Of a stretch of 64,000 bases of DNA, positions 1 through 12,060 are shown piece by piece. This stretch comes from the human T2T-CHM13v2.0 reference genome, Homo sapiens: NCBI RefSeq assembly GCF_009914755.1, contig NC_060936.1. One strand, written 5' to 3'. Position numbers and translations under genes: made by a program. Position 1 is the stretch's first letter. Each line of letters starts with the position of its first letter. The notes beneath the pieces were generated by a model. It was not told the DNA's origin and did not search any database. It worked only from the letters and a program-made list of their open reading frames with translations.

Positions 1-269
1 AACCATAATCAGGAAGACAAATCTGCTGTGAAGACATACAGGATTTCAGTCCAGAAAGGAACCTTAGAGTTCATTTATTCTAAGGATATCAAAGCTAAAT
101 AGAAATCATATTTAGAGCATCTACTGTCTGAAGTTTTCCATTCCTGTAGCATGAGGAATCAGGAATTGATCAGGTAGTGGCACCATCCTCTCTCTGAAGA
201 CCACCATTTACTTCATAAGGATCATAATATTGTTCACTGAGACCCGTATGGAGTAAAAGGAAGGCAGGG

Positions 270-385
270 ACTGTTATCCTGATTCTTGCAGACTTGCAAA
301 TGGAAATATAAAGACGTTAATCAACTTTGCCAAAGTCACACAGTAAGCTGAGAGGGGAACCGAAACATAAGTCAGGCCTCTGCTC
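270..385 (-). mobile_element. MIR SINE fragment
   Basis: Degenerate reverse MIR core: gttaatcaactttgccaaagtcacacagtaag. Confidence 0.55.
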
Positions 386-1489
386 CTGACATAGGGCCTC
401 ATGCATAAGTCGCAGTAAACTTCAAATTATAACAGTCCCCATCTCTAAATAAAATACAAAAGCTCTTCATCACAAAGCATGGTAAGAAGAGGAAAAGGGC
501 CACTAAAAATACTAAAAATACATTCTGCAATTTTATGGTAAACAGTGAAAAACATGAAAAATTATACTACAAATTATGAAAATATGTGCTTGAGAAAATA
601 AAATGTGGGTTATAGTTTCTGCTATGTGCAAAATAAGTAATTAAGAACTGATGTGTTTGGGTGTAAATTTTCTCCTACAATTTTACGATGGCACCATAAG
701 GCATCTTTCAATTAATTTTTGCCTTTCGAAGTGCAGTTATGGAAAGGATCACTTTATGCATTATGCTAAGGGCTCTTCCTTAATTCTTTGATGCTAAAAT
801 CTGTCTCTTTGAAGCCCAACACCCTCTTTGTTAATTTCCCCTTTGGCGTCCATTCCCTTGCTAACTCCAGTTCATGGCTCTGCATGTGATTTGAGGAATT
901 CCCCAACATCTCTTTAATCAACCTGATAAGATTCGATGTCTTCTGCAAGATTGGCAGTTTTATTTTGCAAGGATACACCTGTGCTAAAAAGGGATAGTTG
1001 AAGGTGTACTAATTTTAGGTCAGTTCATTAATGAGTATTTTTGTGTTGGTATGACATTTCCTCCCCTGGTTTATTTCATAACTCAAAGTTTGGGACAATG
1101 AATTTTCAGATGACAAGTGTTGTTCCTCCACATGCCCCTTTATTCCTAGCCCACCTCAGGGAGGATCAAGTTATGTTGGATTATTTTTCAAGCAAGGCAT
1201 CTGAGCTTGTCCCTCCAGTCCTTGTTCATACTTGATTCTCTTTGGGGTCTGAACAGTTGGGGAAGACTTCACACCAAGAGCAGTCTCTGAACTCCCACTG
1301 TTCTTTGCCTATGACATCGTTTCCAGACTGAAAGTCTGAAAAAAGCAATAGTGCAACTTCTGGTTTTCATAGTTATCCCTTTCAGGCCTCACTGCAAGGC
1401 TGGGCCTAGTGCTGCACAGCTGGGGAGAGGGAAGGCAGAGTCCTATAATTCCAGACCAGATGTTACTGCTTCCTTTCTACCACTCCAGT

Positions 1490-1720
1490 CATTCAATGAA
1501 TACTGATTGAGTGACCTGGAAGAAGGCACTTTCCTCACAGGTCAGGTAACACTTCATTCATTCACTTTTTCAAGTAGTTATCTATCCAAGGGGCATGTAT
1601 TGAATAACTAGTAAGTGACAGACATAATTCGAAGTGTCATGAAGGTAGAAACGGGTATGACATAGTCACTGCCTCCAAAGAACTTAAAACATAGTTGTAG
1701 AAAAAAGATATATACATGAG
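1490..1720 (-). mobile_element. L2 3'-end fragments
   Basis: cattcattca... and gacatagtcactgcctccaaagaactta motifs typical of the reverse L2 3' end. Confidence 0.5.
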
Positions 1721-1879
1721 ACATTTATTAATTGTTGTTAGTAGTTTCAAGTAGTTATATTTTAAAATATATTATTATTTATAATTACAACTCCTTTTAT
1801 CTCTTAAACTTTCTTTGAGGTGAATTGGATTAGTATTATCACTGCCTACTTTATGGGCTAGAAAACTGAGGTTCTTCTA

Positions 1880-1973
1880 GGAGGCAGAGCTCGCAGTGAG
1901 CCGAGATCACGCCACTGCACTTCAAACTGGGCAACAGAGCGAGACTCCGTCTCAGAAAAAAAAAAAAAGAAAA
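1880..1973 (+). mobile_element. Severely 5'-truncated Alu (end of right arm, AluY-like) inserted in a MIR
   Basis: ggaggcagagctcgcagtgagccgagatc...gagactccgtctc plus A-tail; perfect 15-bp TSD agaaaactgaggttc at 1860-1874 and 1974-1988. Confidence 0.9.
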
Positions 1974-2087
1974 AGAAAACTGAGGTTCAGAGTAACTGGC
2001 ATTTGGTAGAGTCAGGTTTCTCCATATTAAATTCAGTGATCTTTCTAGAACATCCATTTGTTAACCTTTATAAAAATGTCAGAGATA

Positions 2088-2445
2088 TTAGTCAGCCACA
2101 GAAAAGGAATGAAGTATTGGTCCATGCTACATGTATGATCCTTGAAAACGTTTTGCCAAGTGAAAGAAGCCAGACACACGAGGTCACATATTACATGATT
2201 CCATTTGTATGAAAAATCCAGAATATGCAGTTCCGTAGGAACAGAAAGGAGACTGGTGTTTGGAAAGAGCTGAGAACAGGGAGGGATGGGGAGTAACTGC
2301 TTCATGGGTTTTATTTTGGGGTGATGAACATGTTTTGGAACTAGATAGAGGTGGAATTGTACAACATCGTGAACCTACTAAATGCCACTCAATTGTTCAC
2401 TTTAAAATGGCTAATTTTATGTCATGTAAATTTCAGTTCAACTTA
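2088..2445 (+). mobile_element. L1MB-like 3' end
   Basis: aaaaggaatgaagta...agtgaaagaagccagacac...ggggtgatgaacatgttttggaactagatagaggtg...cactttaaaatgg. Confidence 0.8.
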
Positions 2446-2799
2446 GAAAATGTTAAAGAGATACTAGTTAATTTTGCTGTGAACCTGCAACTGCTCTTAA
2501 AAAAAAATAACGTCTTAAAAGAAAATACCAGAGTCAAATAACTGTAGAAGAGATGATAGGAGCCCAGGTGTGATTAGGGCTAAGGACCACATGCAGGGCA
2601 CCCACCGGAAAGGTTGCACTGACTTTGCTTTACTGACGGGCTTCCCCTGTGGACTGAGAAATAGAGAGGTTGGCTGGGCCATGCTTGCCTCTGACCTGCT
2701 GTCATGGTCCCCTGGCATTCTCCTTTGGAACCCTTCCTACAGTTGCTTCTGCATGTGTGACTAGCTGTTCGTTTTCTGACTTCACCATTAGCCTCTTAG

Positions 2800-3156
<357 letters not shown>

Positions 3157-4529
3157 TAAGCACAGAGCAGGAGCCCAGTAAATAAAAAGCGCACTAGTCC
3201 TAGTCCTCTTCCACCCCTTAATTGATGTGCTGCCTGGAGCAAGTGATTGAACCTCTCTGGGCCTCAATGCCTTGGCTTCAGATCTTCACTCAGTTGTCTT
3301 CCTTAGCTCTGCTGACATAACGCGAATGAAAAACCTGGCTCAAGCGCGTTGCTGCTGAGTTATTCTCTAACATGATGTTGTTACCTCTGTGTATTTCTTC
3401 ATTGCTGTCAGAAGCCTCGATTTGTTCTGAGTGAATGATACCAACGCAATATTTTTGTGAAACCAGTGGGGATTTTCTGTTTCGCGATATATTGCCACTT
3501 CCCATTGTAGTCTATAAGGAAAGAAGGCACAGTGAGAATAGGCCGTTGTTTCAATGAGTAAAAGGTTTAAAAAATCTTAAACCTCTTCAACAACCTGATG
3601 GGAGAATGCTGTCCGGCCTTTTGTGCACGGCCCCTTCTTGGGCACACAGCTCTTTTCCGTTTTGTATTATGCCTTAACCTCAGAGCAGCAAGGCAGGTAC
3701 CAATCTTCCGCATTCTATAGATTGGAAAACGGGCCAAGATAAATAACTTGTTCAATCCCCACGGTGGGTCAGTGGCCGGGCCGAAATTAGACCTAAAGTC
3801 CATGAGCACAGTCTCCTCTGGAATGAGCTGCTGAGTCAGGCTTCAAGGGTTTCTCCTAGAGATCTTCAGCAGACAGGAGGACAGTCACCATCTGGAAAGG
3901 GTTAGTTTCACTCCTGCCAGGAGGCCAGAGGATGGACTAAATGACCCCTGCAAGTCCCTTTCTGCCCTAGGCCTCTCCAATTACCTTCTCTAATTTCCAG
4001 CAAACATGCTTTCTCTAGGGAAAAATGAATCCGGGGCTCTTGGGTCCCTTGGGAGTCTGCAAAGATTTCACTTTCCAGTTTGGGGAATCTGAGCTCCATG
4101 AGAGAAAATGCTCAGCGCGCTGTCAGAAGGAAACATTGCAGCCACACACTATATATTTAGATTCTTCCTAGCAACAAAGCCTCCTGGCGGATGCAGACCA
4201 AGCTGGGAGGCAGGAAGCTTGACTCCTCCTCCTGGATCCCCTACCCTCCCACCCCCGCAAGGCCCTTGACTGGGTAACTTCTCTGCCCAAGGCCTGGGCC
4301 CACTCCCTGCCTGGCATGGTCCGTTGAGGTTAATGGGGCTGTCTCTGCACAGAGTCCCAGCTTTATCCTTGGGGACTTCAGAGTCTTATACACCTCTGAG
4401 AACGTGGGCCATTTGTTTCACATCTTGTCCTGAGTTTTACTTCTCTGAGTTTCTATTTTCTGAACCTAACTTAGGACACATGGCCTGACAAAGGATTTCT
4501 CTGATACTTTGGGGTTTAAGGTTAATGAT

Positions 4530-4735
4530 GACAGTAGCCTCCATTTAAATGATTTGACAGATGTCTACTTTGCTGGGCATTTTACATGCATTATTTCATT
4601 TAATCCCATACCAACCACATAAAGAAGTGAGGTTCAGAGAGGTTTCATCCAAGACCGTCTAGCTAGTAAATAGCAAAGCAAGGATTGCAACCCCGTCCCG
4701 TCTGACTCCACAGCTCATACACTTTACCATAGCAC
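4530..4735 (-). mobile_element. MIR SINE
   Basis: ttttacatgcattatttcatttaatcc...gaggttcagagagg...agctagtaaa...gtctgactcca. Confidence 0.75.
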
Positions 4736-4819
4736 TCAGCTCTGAGATGTAAGTCTGGGCTTTGTAAAGAGTCACATATCATTTTGACACCAAAACACTG
4801 GTATTTCCCAGACCTTCTT

Positions 4820-5520
4820 TTAAAAGCTTTTTATAATGAAAGTTTTCAAACATTCAGAAAAGTTATAGGAATAGGAAATGAACCCCCATCCCCCAGGTCT
4901 GGCAATTACCAGTGTGCATCTATCCATTTCTCCTTTTTCTTTTTTTCCTGCAGTACTTTAAAGAAAATTCCTGACATTGTGTGTCATTTTGCTCCTAAAT
5001 ACTTCCATATGTAGCTCTAAAAAGAGGGGAGAAGGGAGGTAGGAAGGAGGGGCTTCTTATATAACTACAAAACCAAATACCTAACAAAAATAATAATTTC
5101 TTATCACCTAATACCCAGTTCAATTCAAATTTCTCCTAGTGTCTTAAAAACTGCTGTTTTATATTTGCCTTGCTCAAATAAGCATCCAGCAAATTCATAT
5201 ATTGCATTTGGTTATGTCTCCTAAGCCTTTTAATTAAAATTTTATCTGTTTTTTCCCTTTTCTGTGTCATTGATTGCTAAAGAAACTGTGCCCATCATCC
5301 TGCAGAATATGCCACATTCTGGATTTGGTTGGATTGCTTCCCCATGGTGGTATTTAACTTGTTCTTCTATCGCCTGTATTTTCTGCAAAGGTATAGATCT
5401 AAAGGCTTGATGAGGTTCACTTTTCAGCAAGAATACCACATAGATGGTACAGGGTACTTCCTATTGTATCATTCAGGAAGCATATACTACCTGGTTGTCC
5501 CAATTTTAGTGCAGAGAAAG
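4820..5520 (-). mobile_element. L1MC4/L1MC5-like 3' UTR
   Basis: aaagttttcaaacattcagaaaag..., ttgcatttggttatgtctc, ccacattctggatttg...gattgcttcccc. Confidence 0.65.
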
Positions 5521-6294
5521 GTTAATGTGTTCAGATTGGTTTCCAGGTATTTTGATGGCTCATGGAGACCAAAGATAGAACATTTAAATTCCACATTATC
5601 TTAGATTACCTGGACTACCTACCATATTCCCTTGGATGCCAGGTTTGAAGGCTGCTCTGAGTTACATTTAAAAACCACAGTTTTGCAGCTTTAATGGGGC
5701 TGCGGCCTTTGCCTAAAGCCTTCTTTGCTTAGGAGAGAAGAGTCTCATCTAAAATGTGGTAGAAGAGCTGTCACCCATTTATAAGTGTAGGCAATTTTTC
5801 CTTTACATGGTATCCTGTGGGTGTGGTCCACATTCATGAGCTAGTAATCCAGAAATTAGAAAGTGCCTGGTGGACTCCCTCCAGAGGGGGTTCCCAGAGA
5901 CAGGAAGCGTGAAGCAATCAAGGAAGAGCCTGGTGCAGGTCCTGCCTGCTGAGGGAGGTAGCTTGAGAAATCGTGGGGTAGAGAACCTGGAGAAATGCAG
6001 CTACTCTCAGAAGAAGGGAACTGGAGGAGGCAATAAGTTGGCAGAACCTGGACTGAGGAAGAGACTAGTTAGACAGGCTGTAGGCAAGGAACTTGATTCA
6101 GAGTGAGAAACCCTAGCAAAACACAGAAAGAGTGCTTGGGACTTGAGAATTATCTGTGGAACTCAGCCAGAGGGGACTTAGCAGCATACAGTCCTCAGCA
6201 GGAAGAGCTCTTATAAATAATCTATCCCACGCCTCTCTTTTGCAGATGAAGATACTGCAGCTCAGAAAAGGGAAGTCTCATTTAAAGTGACATA

Positions 6295-6456
6295 GGACTG
6301 GGCATGGTGGCTGACATCTGTAATCCCAGCTGCTCAGGAGGCTGAGAAAGTAGGGTGGCTTGAGCCCAGGTGGTCAAGGCTGCAGTGAGCTATGATCCTG
6401 CCACCGCACTCCAGCCTGGGTGACAGAGTGAGACCCTGTCTCAAAAAAATAAATAA
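6295..6456 (+). mobile_element. Free Alu monomer (FRAM/FAM-like) inside a MIR
   Basis: Single arm ending gagaccctgtctc plus A-rich tail; flanks aaagtgacatagg (6284-6296) and aaagtgacacagg (6457-6469). Confidence 0.85.
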
Positions 6457-6979
6457 AAAGTGACACAGGGCTGCAGCTAGTACAAGAGCCTAGTTCACCT
6501 GGTTCACACCAAGCCCTTCCCACTCTACCACACTGCACGTCTTTCTTCCTCAAGAACCAGTGGCTGCCGCAGGGAGAAGTCTGGCGGGCCTGAGGTGAAG
6601 AAGTTCCGAGCCGAGAAGCCAGACTTCTTCTGTGGTAAACCAGATCCAGCCGAACTTCTGTGCCAAAGCTGGTTGCCTATAATTTGCTTAAGTCAGTATA
6701 GCTTGTGCCCTGTTATTCCTGTTACTGTGTGAACAAATTCACACAGACAATGATGTGCTGTGGACTAGAGTAACTATAGAAGGTGAGGTGCAGGGTGGGG
6801 CCATACACACCTTGGTCTAGGTCTAAAGAATGTCACCTCCACACATCCTCAGGCACCGACCCATTACAGCCATCAAGGCCGCAGGGCAGGAATAGACCCA
6901 GGTACTCCACAGAATGGTGATGTTGCTCATGGCTTCTTGGCAAGAGATCCTCTCCTGGAGGGCTGGGACCTTCCATTAG

Positions 6980-7078
6980 TCACCTATATATTCCTAGCCC
7001 TTAACAAAGGAAGTGGCACATGATAAAAAATGTTACTTAATAAATACAGGTGGTTGAGTGGGTGAGTGAATGAATGAA
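6980..7078 (+). mobile_element. L2 3' end
   Basis: tggcacatg...aataaata...gagtgaatgaatgaa terminus. Confidence 0.65.
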
Positions 7079-7457
7079 GAAATACCCAAGGAGGTAGAGC
7101 ATCTTGATCATGACTTCATAGTCTCCTTAATCTTCACCTCCTTTCTGATCTTGGCTTTGTATCCAGAACAGGGAGCTTCCCATGGTGGTGCTGACTTGAC
7201 TCCCTCGCCCCAAAATGTGACAAATCATATATTCCCTCATTTATTTTTTTGTAAGTCAACATCCAAAAGCTTACATAAAAAGTTTTACTATGTAGTTAAA
7301 ATAGAAACTTTTCAGATTATTATAAATATTAAAATTTTTAAATAAAATTATTCAGTCACATGTTTACATCCTATAGCCAATGGTAAATAGTTGCCATAAA
7401 TATTTGATACGCAATATCTCACATTAAAAAAATTATAAACAAAACATATTCTTCTGT

Positions 7458-7763
7458 TTGTTCTTGTTGTTGTTGTTGTTTGAGACAGGGTCCTGCTCTA
7501 TCACCCAGGCTGGAGTGCAGTGATGTGATTATGGCTCACTGCAGCCTCAACCTTTCTGGGCTTAGGTGATCCTCCCATCTCAGCCTCCCGAGTAGCTGAG
7601 ACTACAGGTGTGCACCACCATGCCTGGCTAATTTTTGTACTTTTAGTAGAGATGAAGTTTCACCATTTGTCCAGCCTTGTTTTGAACTCCTGGGCTCAAG
7701 CCATCTGTCCACCTCAGCCTTCCAAAGTGTTGGGATTGCAGGCGTGAGCCACCATGCCCAGCC
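7458..7763 (-). mobile_element. AluJ
   Basis: gagacagggtc..., ctcctgggctcaagc, (TTG)n tail; attcttctgt at 7448-7457 and 7767-7776. Confidence 0.92.
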
Positions 7764-8954
7764 CAAATTCTTCTGTATAGTTAGAATTCCTATATTGTTT
7801 CCTTTTCATTTTAAAATTATACTTGTATTTCACTTCACCTGCCAAAATTTTCTTCAACAAAAATGTGTTCAAAAACATAGTATTTTCAAGTTCCTATAAC
7901 TATTATGTTCTAGTTGTTGAGATTGTTCTGTATTAGGTTATAATGATGGTTATTTTTAGTATATAATTGATAAAAATATATTACACATTCTGATACCACT
8001 TAAAAAAAAAAAACCAAGTACCAACATAGACAGTATCTTGGTTCATAAAACAACCTAAATGAATTTAAAAGAATTGGAATAATACAGCGTGTTCTCCAAC
8101 CACAGTGGAATCAAAGAGAAATAAATAACAGAAAGATAACAGAAAAATATAAAAACACTTCTAAATAATCCATGGGAAGAGAGGAAGTCTCAAGGGAAAT
8201 CCAAAAATACATTGAACTGGAAAAAAAAAATGAAAGTACTGCATATCAAATGTTATGGAACAGAGCTGGGCAGTGCTGAAAGGAAAGTATGTAGCCACAA
8301 ATACTTATATTAGAAAAGAGGAACAGTCTCAAATCAAAAACCAAATATCCCACCTCAAGAACCTGGAAAATAAAGGGCAAAATTAACCCAAGGGCAAACA
8401 GAGGAAAAAAATACTAAAGATAAGAACAGAAATCAATAAAATTTAAAAACAGAAAAGCAATAGATAAAAATCTGAAACAAAGAGCTGGTTATTTGAGAAG
8501 ATCAATAAAATCGGCATATCTCCAGCAAGACTGACCAAGAGAAAAGACACAAATGACCAATATCCGGAATGAAACAGGAGATATCACTACAGACCCTGAA
8601 GGTGTCTAAATGATGATAAACGAATGCTACAAAAAACTCTACTCTCATACATTTAACAACTTAGATGAGATGGACCAATTTCTCAAAAAACACACACTAT
8701 CACAGTTCACCCAAAATGAAATAGATCATCAGAATAACTCTATAACCATTTATAAAATTAAATCCACAATTTTAAAACTACCAAAACACAAATCTGCAGT
8801 CTAGATGAGTTTCACTGGAGAACTCTACCACCCTTTAGAGAGAAATTAATGCCAATTTTATACAATCTCCTGCAGAAAACTGAAGAAGAAGAGTTTGGCA
8901 GAGTTTATGAAGCTTCATGTTACCCTGATATTAAAACCAGAAAGAGACACTACA

Positions 8955-9038
8955 AAAAAGGAAGGAAGGAAGGGAGGGAGGGAGGGAAGGAAGGAGGGAG
9001 AAAGGGAGGGAGAAAGGGAAGAAAAGAAAGAAAAGGAA
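8955..9038 (+). repeat. Polypurine (GGAA/GGGA/GAAA)n tract
   Basis: Direct reading; includes gggagggagggaggg at 8972-8986. Confidence 0.9.
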
Positions 9039-9060
9039 GCTGCAGACCAATAAATCTCAT

Positions 9061-9136
9061 AAATGTAGACACAAAAATCATTGATAAAATATTAGCAAAA
9101 ATGTAGACACAAAAATCATTGATAAAATATTAGCAA
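9061..9136. repeat. Perfect 38-bp tandem duplication
   Basis: aaatgtagacacaaaaatcattgataaaatattagcaa x2 (9061-9098, 9099-9136). Confidence 0.95.
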
Positions 9137-9919
9137 ATAGAATTCAGCAATGTGTAAAAAGAATTATACACCATGCCAATGGGATTTATTTCAGGGAAGT
9201 AAGGCTGGCTCAATATTTTAAAACCTCTCAATGTAATCAATCATATTAACAACCTAAAAAAGAAAAATTACATGAGCATATCAACCAATGGGAAAAAAAA
9301 GCTTCTGACAAAATTCACCATCCATTTATGATAAAAAAAAAATCTCAGAAAAAAACAGGAATAGAGAGGAACTTCCTCAACCTGATGAATATCTACAAAA
9401 ATCTGTAGCTAACGTTATACTTAAAGGTAAAAGACCAAATATTTTCCCTCTAAGTTTGGGAACCTGACAAGGATGTCTGTTCTCAATACTCTTAGTCAAC
9501 ATAGTGCTGAAAGTTCTAGCTAGGGCAAAAAGGCAAAAAAGGAAATAAAAAGCATACAGATTAGAAAAAAAAAAAAAGAAAACTATATTGCAGGTGCCAT
9601 GATTCTTTATGAAGAAAATTCCAAGGAATCTTCAAAAAAACTTCTAGGTCTAATAAGTAAGTTTAGCAAGTTTGAAGGATATGAGGTAAACATACAAAAG
9701 TCAATCAATTGTATTCCTATATTCTGGCACCAAGTATGTGGACACTAAAATTAATTACAATACCATGTACAATTGTTCAAAAAAATACTTAAATCTAACA
9801 AAGCATGTATAGGATTTTTTTTTTTTACACCAAAAACCACACAATGCTGATGAAAGAAATCAATCAGATCTGTATAAATGAAGAGATATGCTGTGTTTAT
9901 GTATTGAAAGATTTAACTG

Positions 9920-10190
9920 ATGAGTGTGGTAGCTCACTCCTGTAATCCTAGCACCTTGGGAGACTGAGGTTGCGGGATTGCTTGAAGTCAGGAGTTGGAG
10001 ACCAGCTGGGGCAACAGTGAGACCCTCTCTTATGCACCTGTAGCACTAGCTACTTAGGAGCCTGAGGTGGGGGGATTGCTTAAGCCCAAGAGGTTGAAGT
10101 TGCAGTGAGCTATGATTGATGGCATCATTGCATTCCAGCCTGGGCAACAGAATGAAACCATGTCTCTAAATTTTAAAAATAAACAAAAAA
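9920..10190 (+). mobile_element. AluJ lacking the central A-rich linker
   Basis: Left arm ...gagaccctctct joined directly to tatgcacctgtagc of the right arm. Confidence 0.85.
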
Positions 10191-10201
10191 TATTTAACAT
10201 A

Positions 10202-10508
10202 GGCTGGGCACGATGGCTCACGCCTGTAATCTCAGCACTTTGGGAGGCTGAGGCGGGCAGATCACGAGGTCAGGAGATCGAGACCATCCTGGCTAACACG
10301 GTGAAACCCCGTCTCTACTAAAAACACAAAAAATTAGCTGGGCGTGGTGGCGGGCGCCTGTAGTCCTAGCTGCTCAGGAGGCTGAGGCAGGAGAATGGCG
10401 AGAACCTGGGAGGCGGAGCTTGCAGTGAGCCGAGATTGCTTCACTGCGCTCCAGCCTGGGCGACAGAGGGAGAATCCGTCTCAAGAAAAAAAAAAAAAAA
10501 AAAAAAAA
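10202..10508 (+). mobile_element. AluY
   Basis: gatcacgaggtcaggagatcgagaccatcctggctaacacgg, gaatggcg, gagcttgcag; long A-tail. Confidence 0.95.
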
Positions 10509-10861
10509 GATTTTACATAATAAATATGTCAGTTCTCCCTAAATTGATATACATATACAGCACAGTTCTTATTAAAAATCCCAGCAAGTTTTTTGGTAAA
10601 TATACAGCAGAGTATTTTAAATTTTATATTTTAAAGCAGAGGAGCTAGAACTGCCACAACAATTTGAAAGATAAATTGGGAGAAATTAGTCTACATGATT
10701 TCAAGACTTATCTTACAGCTACAATAAAACCAAATCGTGTGGTGGAAGAAAAGACATACGGACCAATAAAACAGAATAGAGAACCTGGAAATAGCTCCAC
10801 ACAAATGACCCCAACTGCTTCTTGACAAAGGTGCCAAAGGAATTCAGTGGAGGAAAGATAG

Positions 10862-11198
<337 letters not shown>

Positions 11199-11362
11199 GA
11201 AAGATAGCCTTTTCTATAAATGGTTTTGAAGCAATTAGACATCCACAGACAAAAAAATACAGAAGAATTTTTTTAAAAACCCTCAAGTCTCATACCTTAT
11301 GCCAAAGTTAACTCAAAATGGGTCAAGATTTAAATGTAAAAGGTAAAGCTATAAAATTTTTA

Positions 11363-11704
<342 letters not shown>

Positions 11705-12060
11705 TTAGGCATAAGCAAAGAGTTCTTAGCCTTGACACCAAAAGCTTTTACTCTGCAAAAGACTCTGTTAAGAGGATAAGAAGTCAAGCTACAGACAGAG
11801 AGAAAATATTTACAAGTCACATATCTGATAAAATACTCATATCTGGATTATATAAGGAACTCTCAAAACTCAGAAGGAAAAAAGTCAATCCAATTAGAAA
11901 ATAAGCAAAAGACATGAAAAAATTCATTAAAGAGAATCTACAGATAGCAAATAAGTACATGAAAAAATATTCAATATCATTAGTCATTAGGGAAATGCAA
12001 AAAATCATAAGACAGAATTACATGCCTATCAGAATAGCTGAAATAAAAATATTGAATTAG

